A stretch of DNA of 25,164 nt. It comes from a virus. Lineage: Duplodnaviria; Caudoviricetes. A program made the position numbers and the translations under genes. The notes beneath the pieces are model-generated. The model made no database searches, was not told where the DNA came from, and saw nothing but the letters and a program-made list of their open reading frames with translations. The DNA is taken from positions 1 to 25,164 of the IMG/VR virus record IMGVR_UViG_3300031951_001120; one strand, given 5' to 3'. Every line of letters starts with the position of its first letter. Position 1 is the first letter of the stretch. Positions 7,865 through 16,900 of this stretch are shown in pieces.

Positions 7865-8224
7865 ATGAGTGCATTAGATAAGCAGGTAGCAGGTAAGCAT
7901 TACAAGAAATTTAAAATTCAACCTATTCAATATATTACGGCTAACAACATACCATATATTGAGGGTAACATTATCAAGTACATCAGTAGATGGCGTGATA
8001 AAGGAGGCGTAGATGACTTAGATAAAGTCATTCATTATGTAGAACTACTTAAGGAGTTAGAAAGTGGCAAGTCAGAACGATCACACAGGAGCAAGACTAG
8101 TCTCAAAGACCTTATCAAAAGAGGGCCAAGAGAACTGGGATCTTATCTTCGGAAAAAGAATAAAGGAACAAAAGCTAACTACACAGGATATGGACCGGGT
8201 TACACTGGCGGAGTCAACTTCTAA
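7865..8224 (+). CDS. DUF3310 family protein (T7 gp1.7-like nucleotide kinase family)
   Basis: QVAGKHY...IQPIQYI...GNIIKYISRWRDKGGVDDLDKVIHY signature. The C-terminal extension overlaps the next gene. Confidence 0.85.
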   Translation: MSALDKQVAGKHYKKFKIQPIQYITANNIPYIEGNIIKYISRWRDKGGVDDLDKVIHYVELLKELESGKSERSHRSKTSLKDLIKRGPRELGSYLRKKNKGTKANYTGYGPGYTGGVNF

Positions 8225-8333
8225 TTTAGCTGAGTATGAATTGGATAAGTCAACTGGTGAAGTTACTAGAATTGATATTATCGGACAAAACGGCAACGAT
8301 GGCGATCATTATGGTCGGTCATCAGAAAGTTAA
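8064..8333 (+). CDS. Hypothetical protein (89 aa)
   Basis: GTG start with TAAGGAG SD about 7 nt upstream; ends 2 nt before the next ATG. Confidence 0.7.
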   Translation: MASQNDHTGARLVSKTLSKEGQENWDLIFGKRIKEQKLTTQDMDRVTLAESTSNLAEYELDKSTGEVTRIDIIGQNGNDGDHYGRSSES

Positions 8334-8335
8334 TT

Positions 8336-8521
8336 ATGCAACGTACTTTCCAAGAACTCTGCGAAGATCTCAAAAAATTTGATGAAACTACTCTATTAGA
8401 GCTACTAGACATATCGTCTGAAGAGTTAGTAGATAAATTTCAGGATAAAATAGAAGAGAACCTAGATAGACTATTGAAAGAAACAGATAACGAATTAGAG
8501 GAATATGATACTTATGAGTAG
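8336..8521 (+). CDS. Small acidic helical hypothetical protein (61 aa)
   Basis: Compact ORF directly upstream of and overlapping the RNR gene. Confidence 0.75.
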   Translation: MQRTFQELCEDLKKFDETTLLELLDISSEELVDKFQDKIEENLDRLLKETDNELEEYDTYE

Positions 8522-10388
8522 TTTACCAAGTGTATACCAAGAAGTAATTGCAATGAGCAGATATGCTCGTTACATACCTGAAAAGAAACGTAGAGAGACC
8601 TGGAAAGAAACTGTTACACGTCTTACTGATTACCTTAAAACTAAGGTAGAATTAACCAATAATGAGTGGGCAGAATTACATAACTCTGTATTAAACTTAG
8701 AAGTTATGCCTTCTATGCGTCTACTCATGACTGCTGGAGAAGCCTGTGAAAGAGATAATATCGCTGCTTATAACTGTTCTTATCTTGCTGTTAATAATAA
8801 ACGCGCTTTTAGTGAAGCTCTATATATACTCATGAACGGTACAGGAGTAGGATTCTCTTGTGAACGTCAAGAGATTTCTAAACTTCCTGAAATCCCTACT
8901 GAATTAAAGTATGTAGAAGATGTTATTGTAGTAGAAGATAGTAAACTAGGATGGGCTAAGGCATTCAAGAAACTATTGTCTTCCTTATGGGAAGGTGATA
9001 TTCCTACCTTTGACTTTACTAAAGTACGTCCTGCTGGTGCAAGACTTAAAGTATTTGGTGGTAGAGCCTCGGGCCCTGAACCATTAAAGAAACTATTTGA
9101 CTTTGTAGTAGAAACATTCAAAGGTGCTGTTGGTCGTAAACTAACATCAATTGAAGTACACGATATTATGTGTATGATAGGTGAGATTGTAGTAGTAGGA
9201 GGAGTAAGACGTTCTGCTCTTATTTCACTCTCTAATCTTACTGATAAACGTATGAGAGAAGCTAAAACAGGAGCGTGGTATAATGATCATTCACATAGAG
9301 GACTTGCCAATAACTCTGTCGCCTACACAGAAAAACCCGACAGTGAAACTTTCATGGAAGAATGGCTCAGCTTGGTTAAGTCCAAATCAGGTGAACGAGG
9401 AATCTTTAATCGTATTGCTGCTCAGAATCAAGCAAATAAGTGGGGAAGACGAGATCCGACTCTCAGCTACGGAACCAATCCATGCTCAGAAATTATCCTC
9501 CGTGATAAACAATTCTGCAATCTTACGGAAGTGGTTGTACGGGCAAACGATACCAGAGATACCCTTATCCGTAAGGTCAGACTTGCGACAATTCTCGGAA
9601 CTATCCAGTCAACCTTAACTAATTTCCAATTCTTATCATCAGAGTGGAAAAAGAATACGGAAGATGAAAGACTCTTAGGAGTTAGTTTAACAGGCATCAT
9701 GGATGCTAAGATTACTAATGATCCTGATCCTAAACTATTAGAGGAACTACGAGATGTCGCTAGGAAAACAAATGAAGAGTATGCTAAACAATTTGATATA
9801 CCATGTTCTACTTCTATCACTTGTGTTAAGCCTTCAGGGACTGTATCGCAGTTGGTTGATTCCGCTAGTGGTATCCATGCTCGTCACAATGACTTTTATA
9901 TTCGACGCATACGAATGGATAAAAAAGACCCGATCTACAATTATCTCAAGGAGTCAGGTGTCTCAGTAGAAGACGAAGTATTCCGCCCTGATAGTACAGC
10001 AGTATTTAGTTTCCCTATGAAAGCTCCTAAAGGTGCTATTCTTAGAAATGATAAGACTGCTATTGAACAACTTGAGACTTGGTTAATCTATCAGCGTCAT
10101 TGGTGTGAACACAAACCATCTGTAACTATTTCAGTTAAGGATGAAGAGTGGCCTGAAGTAGGTGCATGGGTATGGAAACACTTTGATGAGATTAGTGGTG
10201 TATCGTTCTTACCACACTCTAATCATACTTATCAACAAGCTCCTTATGAAGATTGTACTAAGGATCAGTTTGAAGAGTTAGCTTCTAGAACTCCTACTGC
10301 TATTGTTTGGGAGAACTTTATTGAAGCTGAAGATAACACAACAGGTCAACAAACATTGGCTTGCACTGCGGGGAGTTGCGAAATATGA
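8514..10388 (+). CDS. nrdJ: Class II (adenosylcobalamin-dependent) ribonucleotide reductase, monomeric RTPR type
   Basis: YNCSY, LMNGTGVGFS, GGVRRSALISL, TNPCSEI, FCNLTEV, TCVKPSGTVS and C-terminal CTAGSCEI; about 625 aa, with no beta-subunit gene adjacent. Start 8514 is preferred on SD spacing. Confidence 0.93.
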   Translation: MSSLPSVYQEVIAMSRYARYIPEKKRRETWKETVTRLTDYLKTKVELTNNEWAELHNSVLNLEVMPSMRLLMTAGEACERDNIAAYNCSYLAVNNKRAFSEALYILMNGTGVGFSCERQEISKLPEIPTELKYVEDVIVVEDSKLGWAKAFKKLLSSLWEGDIPTFDFTKVRPAGARLKVFGGRASGPEPLKKLFDFVVETFKGAVGRKLTSIEVHDIMCMIGEIVVVGGVRRSALISLSNLTDKRMREAKTGAWYNDHSHRGLANNSVAYTEKPDSETFMEEWLSLVKSKSGERGIFNRIAAQNQANKWGRRDPTLSYGTNPCSEIILRDKQFCNLTEVVVRANDTRDTLIRKVRLATILGTIQSTLTNFQFLSSEWKKNTEDERLLGVSLTGIMDAKITNDPDPKLLEELRDVARKTNEEYAKQFDIPCSTSITCVKPSGTVSQLVDSASGIHARHNDFYIRRIRMDKKDPIYNYLKESGVSVEDEVFRPDSTAVFSFPMKAPKGAILRNDKTAIEQLETWLIYQRHWCEHKPSVTISVKDEEWPEVGAWVWKHFDEISGVSFLPHSNHTYQQAPYEDCTKDQFEELASRTPTAIVWENFIEAEDNTTGQQTLACTAGSCEI

Positions 10389-10513
10389 TGATTGATTTTG
10401 AAATGATTGGTGGATTAAGTCTAGGGTTTGAGTTTATAGCTGATGAGTTCTTTAACTACTTACTCATAGACTTGCTTGTAGTACGATTACAATTCTCCAT
10501 AGAGAAACAATGA
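10385..10513 (+). CDS. Small hydrophobic hypothetical protein (42 aa, MMIDFEMIGGLSLGFEF...)
   Basis: Manual translation; ATGA overlaps at both ends, with nrdJ and with the SLOG gene. Confidence 0.65.
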   Translation: MMIDFEMIGGLSLGFEFIADEFFNYLLIDLLVVRLQFSIEKQ

Positions 10514-10884
10514 AGATCTGTATTCTAGGTAGTAGAAGTATAGACAAAGCAGAAACTGTCATACCTATTATTGACAAGTTTATGAAAGATCACGTCTCTG
10601 GCTCTCCCATTATTTTATCAGGGGGAGCTAAGGGTGTGGATCAGATAACTAAAGCTTATGCTAAAGCCAATGCTATCCCTCTTATAGAGTTCTTACCCTA
10701 TCATCTACTAGATAATAATGTAGAGTTTAGTAGTAAGTATTTCTTTATTAGGAATAAACAGATGATTGATAATGCAGATAAAGTACTAGTCTTTTGGGAT
10801 GGTAAGAGTAAAGGTACCGAGTATGGTATCAAGTACTCTCAAAAGAAAGGTATACCAGTTATGGTATTGAAAGTCCCTATTTAA
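10510..10884 (+). CDS. SLOG family protein (DUF2493/YspA-like)
   Basis: MKICILGSR, ILSGGAKGVD, IRNKQMIDNAD and FWDGKSKGT motifs. Confidence 0.85.
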   Translation: MKICILGSRSIDKAETVIPIIDKFMKDHVSGSPIILSGGAKGVDQITKAYAKANAIPLIEFLPYHLLDNNVEFSSKYFFIRNKQMIDNADKVLVFWDGKSKGTEYGIKYSQKKGIPVMVLKVPI

Positions 10885-10897
10885 TAGTAGGGACCTT
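10870..10897. terminator. Hairpin straddling the two convergent stop codons; candidate bidirectional terminator
   Basis: AAAGTCCCTA - 8 nt loop - TAGGGACCTT; the loop contains the shared TTAA stop overlap (10881-10884). U-tracts are short. Confidence 0.55.
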
Positions 10898-11300
10898 CTA
10901 ACTCTTTACCAATAACTCTAGCTTTGCCAGAGTCAATTGCTTCTCTAGCCATTTGAACAATCTCTTCTTTTGATTTAGCTTTCTTTCCTATCTCTCTTCC
11001 TATAGCATCATTATAATAATCCATTTCTTTCTCAGCTTTGTTCTGATTGAAAGTAATGTTCTCATTAAGAAATGATATAGTCTTAGCACCAACATCAGTG
11101 TAGTCTTGTTCTGCTAGAGCAGAGAATATGATATGACGCATAGCATCTGATTTACCATTATGCTGTGTTTCTTTACCATAAGCAGCATTAGCGGTGTTTG
11201 TAGCTATAGCCTTATTATCAGACATACCAGTAGCCTCTACTACAGCTCCTTTAGCAGCCTGAAATACCTTACTTAAAGCTTCGTCAAATTCAAAGTTCAT
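10881..11300 (-). CDS. Hypothetical protein, DUF6973-like
   Basis: HNGKSDAMRH...SA...EMDYYNDAIGREIG pattern recognised from memory; ATGA-coupled to the upstream ejection protein gene. Confidence 0.65.
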   Translation of the reverse strand: MNFEFDEALSKVFQAAKGAVVEATGMSDNKAIATNTANAAYGKETQHNGKSDAMRHIIFSALAEQDYTDVGAKTISFLNENITFNQNKAEKEMDYYNDAIGREIGKKAKSKEEIVQMAREAIDSGKARVIGKELEGPYY

Positions 11301-13912
11301 AGTATAGATGCTACGTAATCTTTAGTTTCAGGAGGTAACTTAGTAAACCAGGATTCTCCATGTTTCTTAACTGTAGATTTAACCTTATCAGGACCCCAAT
11401 TATAAGCAGCTAAAGCTTTCGCTGCATCTCCGTTAAACTCCCTTAGCATTGCTACAAAGTAGTCTCTACTAAATCGTTTGTATTCAGCTTCTGATTGATT
11501 TTGTAGTGGTCGTACTCCAAAACCAGGATCTATTCCAGTAGCAGGCATTACTTGAGTGATACCTTTAGCACCCTTAGGCGATTCTACTAATTGACGAGTA
11601 GTAGGATTAATATGCAATCCTCTAGATTCTTTATCTATTAGTTTAGTAAGTATTTGGTCAACCTCACCAGCGTTAGCCTCTGAAATAATTCTAGGAACAA
11701 AAGCAGTATTGATCATATCTGCTTTTTTATTTGCTCCACCTCCAGGAGTGGATGAGAACTTGCTAAGAGTATTCCCAGGAGAATACATCTTATCTTGTTC
11801 ATTGTGTAGTTGTTTAGCAAAAGTATTAGCCTCCTCAACAGTCCTAAACTTACCTAGATGTCTTCCTGTATCTAAGTATTGTTTAATGGCTTCGTTTTCA
11901 GTCATAATTCTGCCATCATCAGATACTGTAGGTATTAAAACTTCTTTACCTCCAATTCCAACTGACATACTTCTGACTGTGCTTATAGTACCATCGGCAT
12001 TTTTCACCACTGGTCTATTCTTGAGATCGATATTACCTTCTTCAACTGGTTTCACTTTCATGGATAACTCGCTAACATTCTTAGTAAAGATGTCTTGATA
12101 GTATCTTGAGTAGAACTCGTTAGATACTTCATTAGGATTTTTACCTTGTAATGTAGCGTATGCTTTTAACGCTGTATTAATACGACCAACATAGTTAGTA
12201 TTAAATTCTTCTGAACCGCCTGTAGCGATTAATGAGCCATCCCAATTCTGACTAATACGAACTTTCTCATTAGGATTCTCAGCTCTGTACTTCATAAAGT
12301 TATTATATATAACTCTATTGTATTCGTCAACACCTTTTAGTAGTTGAGCACTTTGATATTGGTCCATGTACTTAGCAGCTTCTTTAAACTTAGGATCACC
12401 TATTTGTTTAAACATTTCTTCCATAGCACCAAATTGTTTCTTTTGTTGTACTTGTCTGTCTCTATTGCTTAGGTAGTCAGAATCAAAGTTGATATAACTG
12501 ATATAGTTATCAATAGATTGTTTAAAGACAGGAACTACTGTAGCATCACCTTTACTAATACTATTAGCAGAAGAGTTCAAATAACCACCATTAATAGATA
12601 GTTTCTGACCATTCTGTAATATAATGGAACCAGGTTGAAATATATTATTAATTGTATTTTGTTCTTTTGTAGAGGCACTACTACTTTCCATTTTCTTTAA
12701 AATACCTGATACTGTAATGTCTCCATATCTAACTAAATCTTCTTCTAGTTTTTTTTCAAGATTAAATTTATTAAGATAAGGAGCAAGATCACTAAGAGTT
12801 TTAGTATATACAGGATCAATACCTGCATTTCTTAATTCTAATTCTGATAGTTTAGTAGTAATCTTAGAATTAGTTTCAAGAATCTCAGCAAAGTTCTTAC
12901 CTGAAGTATCATTCTTCAATGCTGTTACTAAGCCATCAATTTGTTTATTGAGGAAGTCAGCAGCTTCTTTGATCTCTGGTTTATTATAGAACTTACCAAA
13001 TTTAGTAGAGAACTCTAATTTTTGTTGATTAGCTAACAAATCAATAGTAGTAAGCTTCTTATCAAGAGGCATACTAGGATCTTTCATAAGAGTATTAAAC
13101 TGAGATAAAGAGTTTCTGTAAGTGTTATTAACAACAGACCAATGTACATTGTTATTAACAAGTTCTTGTAACTCAACCTCACTTACATTCTTTTGAGTCT
13201 TAGCAAGCATTTCTGCATTATTAGCTACTCTTTGATCATTCATAGCTTTACGAACTTCTGTATCTAAAGCAGCATAATCTAGATATTCTTGGCCATCTTC
13301 TCCCCTAACCTTAGGAGCCATGATAAAGAACTTCTCACCTAACTCTCTTAAGTTCTTTCTTTCTTCTTCTTGAGTTTTTCTTACAGACTCATACAAAGCA
13401 GTATCCATCTTAATAGTTTGTTGGATATTGTTTAATTCAAGAGTTTGTTGAGCTTTAGATAAAATCTCTCTAGTAAAAGCTGGATTTTTTGCTACAGCAT
13501 CACGAGTTAATTGATTAATACGAGAAGAGAATTCGTATTCATTAATCTTACGTTGATCCTTAGCAGTTTGTAAGAAGTTAGTCTTATCATTAATTGACTT
13601 AAGAATACCAGGTAGTTCTACATCTTTTGTTGTAGGATCTACAGCTTTATCTTGAAGACTCTTAAGATCTAAATTAGTTTGAGCAATAAAAGTAGGACTT
13701 TGTCTTTGATAGTCTTCAATGTTAGCTTTGATGCTAGATTCAATATCACTTACTGTACCTGCCTTAATCATTTCTCCTACACCTTCAGTAATAAAATTAG
13801 CAGACATAGCTAAATTAGATAAGTCATTTGATATCAGTCCTGCCTTGCTAGACACAGGATTAGCTGAGTAACTTGGTAGACTCATTGTTTGTGAAAAGCG
13901 TTCTTGTGCCAT
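11297..13912 (-). CDS. Internal virion (ejection) protein with C-terminal lytic transglycosylase (SLT) domain
   Basis: KESRG (catalytic Glu), SPKGAKGITQVMPATG, ALAAYNWGP and LPPETKDYV; the rest appears helical; last of three internal virion genes. Confidence 0.88.
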   Translation of the reverse strand: MAQERFSQTMSLPSYSANPVSSKAGLISNDLSNLAMSANFITEGVGEMIKAGTVSDIESSIKANIEDYQRQSPTFIAQTNLDLKSLQDKAVDPTTKDVELPGILKSINDKTNFLQTAKDQRKINEYEFSSRINQLTRDAVAKNPAFTREILSKAQQTLELNNIQQTIKMDTALYESVRKTQEEERKNLRELGEKFFIMAPKVRGEDGQEYLDYAALDTEVRKAMNDQRVANNAEMLAKTQKNVSEVELQELVNNNVHWSVVNNTYRNSLSQFNTLMKDPSMPLDKKLTTIDLLANQQKLEFSTKFGKFYNKPEIKEAADFLNKQIDGLVTALKNDTSGKNFAEILETNSKITTKLSELELRNAGIDPVYTKTLSDLAPYLNKFNLEKKLEEDLVRYGDITVSGILKKMESSSASTKEQNTINNIFQPGSIILQNGQKLSINGGYLNSSANSISKGDATVVPVFKQSIDNYISYINFDSDYLSNRDRQVQQKKQFGAMEEMFKQIGDPKFKEAAKYMDQYQSAQLLKGVDEYNRVIYNNFMKYRAENPNEKVRISQNWDGSLIATGGSEEFNTNYVGRINTALKAYATLQGKNPNEVSNEFYSRYYQDIFTKNVSELSMKVKPVEEGNIDLKNRPVVKNADGTISTVRSMSVGIGGKEVLIPTVSDDGRIMTENEAIKQYLDTGRHLGKFRTVEEANTFAKQLHNEQDKMYSPGNTLSKFSSTPGGGANKKADMINTAFVPRIISEANAGEVDQILTKLIDKESRGLHINPTTRQLVESPKGAKGITQVMPATGIDPGFGVRPLQNQSEAEYKRFSRDYFVAMLREFNGDAAKALAAYNWGPDKVKSTVKKHGESWFTKLPPETKDYVASIL

Positions 13913-16900
13913 TATGGATTTTCCCTTCCGTGTATAGTATTAAGTAACTCAAATGTTGATTTGTTTTGTTTATCTTTCAATAAATTCTCTAGTTTTTGAT
14001 TGTTTTCATTATACTGGTTATTCATCTTGGTCCAAGTATATTCAATTAAACTACGTTTTAGAGTTCTTCTGGTTTCTTTATCTAACTCCCAGATTTGATC
14101 TCTGACTTCTTTAATCTTATCTTTGTCCCATTTAGTACCATCGTCATCTTGTAGAGTAGATAAGAAACTATTAACAAGAGCTCGTTTAGTAGATTCTAAA
14201 TTAGGATCATTCTTAATATCAGGATCTGAAATAATCTTAATTAATTCTCTATGGATACTAGCTGCCATGTCTTTAACTTCTGTAGTTCTATCTTTCTTAA
14301 CATTAGCTGCTGCCCAAATGTCTTCTTCTTTAGTAGTAGTAAAGCCTATGATTTGAGCAAATGCTTCTGCACGAGTAGACTCTAGACCAAGAGGTTTACC
14401 TTGTTTAGTAATCTTGTCATTGATTGCAAGCATTACCTGAGCTTTAGCCCAGTTATCCATACCTGAAGCAAAGCGAGAAGCTTCTAATACTACACGACCA
14501 AAGTTTTGATCTGTGATCTCTTTAGTAGCTAACCATGAGTTAAGAGTATTAATAGTATCAGGGATACGACCAATAGCTGATAATGCTGGGAATCTAAATC
14601 CGTTAGTTTCACCATTTAAAGTTTTAACAATCTCTACTGCTAAATCAATGTATGGAATACCTAAACCAGACTCACCATATGGGTTAATGTCTTTAGAGAA
14701 GTTAATCTTAGGATCAATATCATCTCCTGCAAGAGCTTTAAACATACCATTCATAACACGATCATAAGCACCTTTTCTGATCTCTTCTTTTAATTTAAGA
14801 ATGTCAGGATCTTGAGTAGCTGTTAGAGCATCCATTAAGATCTTACCACCGATCACACCGTAAGCACCCCATAGTAATCCTCTAGATGCTAAGAGTCTAG
14901 CTCTATCAGATCTTGAGAGAATACTACCACCTTCTTGGAAACCAAGTAGGAATTGTTTTTGTGTAATTGCAGCGAACTGCATCAAGAATGATAAAGCACC
15001 ACGTTGATATGGTAATGAACCTGCTCTACTCATAGAGCCTGATAATCTCCAAGCTTCATATGAGATAGCCTCACGAGCTGCTGGAGTATTCCAGTTCTTA
15101 CCTGGATTTTGTTCTAACCAGAAATCCTTAGCTTGTAGCCACATAAACATTCTATTAGATAACTCAGCTGCATCAAAACCAACTGCTCTAGCTAATCTTA
15201 CAGTTGCACTAGGAACTGCAGTAACATTAGCAACTCCTCTTTCTAATGGAGTTTCAATTAAAGGTCTAGTAGAATCTGTTAAGATTTGGTTAACGAGTAA
15301 GTTTTGGTCAACTCCTTGGAATAAACCAGACTCTTTCATAGCTTTAACTGTAGCATCAAACTCAGCTTTATCCACTAAATTCTTTACAGAAGCATGAGCA
15401 AACTTACTTACTAAGTTCTTATAAGGTTTTAACATTCTAGCATCATCTAGTACAGCTAATCTAGTAGCAAGCATTAATGCTACGTTCTTAGATCCTTTAA
15501 TAGGATTAGCTACAACCATTTCAAAGATAGGTTGTGTTTGTACGAACCATTGTCTAGGAACGTTAAGAGTAATATAGAATAAAGAAGCTATTCTTTGTGG
15601 AGCATTGATAATCATATTCTTGTTACCAATCTCACGTAGTACATTACCTGGAACTTTATATTTTTCTAGAACATCAGCTACACCAACAAGAGCACTAGGA
15701 ATAGAATCAGACCATTCTGCAAAAGAAGTAATGGTGCTGTAGTATTCAAACTCTGCTTTGGCTTTCTCAAATTTAGCTTTCTCAGCCTCACTCATAGCTC
15801 TTGGTAAGGGCTCAATAAGTTCTATTCTAGGAGGGAACTCACCTTCTCTAACTCTAGGTAAAAATTCTTTGTAGTTCTTAATGAAATAAGATTCAAAGAC
15901 ATCTTTGTAAGATCTCATTGTATCCATTCTAGCAAGACTTTGAGATGTTTTAATTAAAGCTGAAAGAGGATCTTCTATCCTAGCAGGACCATTTAATGAC
16001 GGTAAACGCTCCCCTCTACGCATAGCATTACGAACTATATCCCCATGTACTTCGTATAAAGAAACTCTATCTGATAAAGATTCCTCTCTAGCTTTTCTCA
16101 AAGTAACCTTTTGATCAGGATACCTTCTTTGGAACTCTGTAAGTAAAGCATCAGCTTCATACTTAGTAGAAGCAGCTGCCACAGTTCTAGAATAATTTTC
16201 TAGTTTAGTTTTGTCTTGGATTAAGTATCCATTTACATTTAATTCGTTTGGAACAGCATCAATAAAGAAGTGTTCTTTGTATAGAATAGGAGAGTATCCA
16301 GGTATTCTTCTGATAATCTTTTGTGGTAATACGTCTAGTTTTACTCTATCCCCTACTAATCCATACTCATAGATCTTACCAGTAGATGCGTCAGTGAATG
16401 ACTTCTCAAGAAGAACAAGTTGTTTACCACCAACATTGTATACACCATCAGTCTTAGCTCTGTCTAATTCAAACTCAACAGGTAAGTCTAGAGTTAAATC
16501 CCATACAGATTTAGGTGGTAGGCTACCCTCACCCACGAAAGAAAAATCAGTCCTAGCGGCTCCTATGTAGCCATTATCTTTGTATAATCCTTGTTTGTAT
16601 CCTTTTTGGAAGAGTTCATTACGACGTGCTCTATCAGTAAGAGCAAGATCAAAGTAATTAACTTGTCTCCAGTATACTTGTTTCTCGAATAAAGCTTCTA
16701 GTTCAGCTGTAGATAACTTAGGGAACTTAGCTCTTAACTCTGCTTTAGTAAATAACTCTCTACCTTGATCTAAGGCATCAGATACTACTGCTGCTAGTTC
16801 TGGTTTAAGTTTACCATCACCTAGTTTAGTCTTAATAATGTTAAGAGTTTGTGATGATAAGTAAGCTGCTCTTTCAGACTGTCTACCTAAACCTTGTTCA

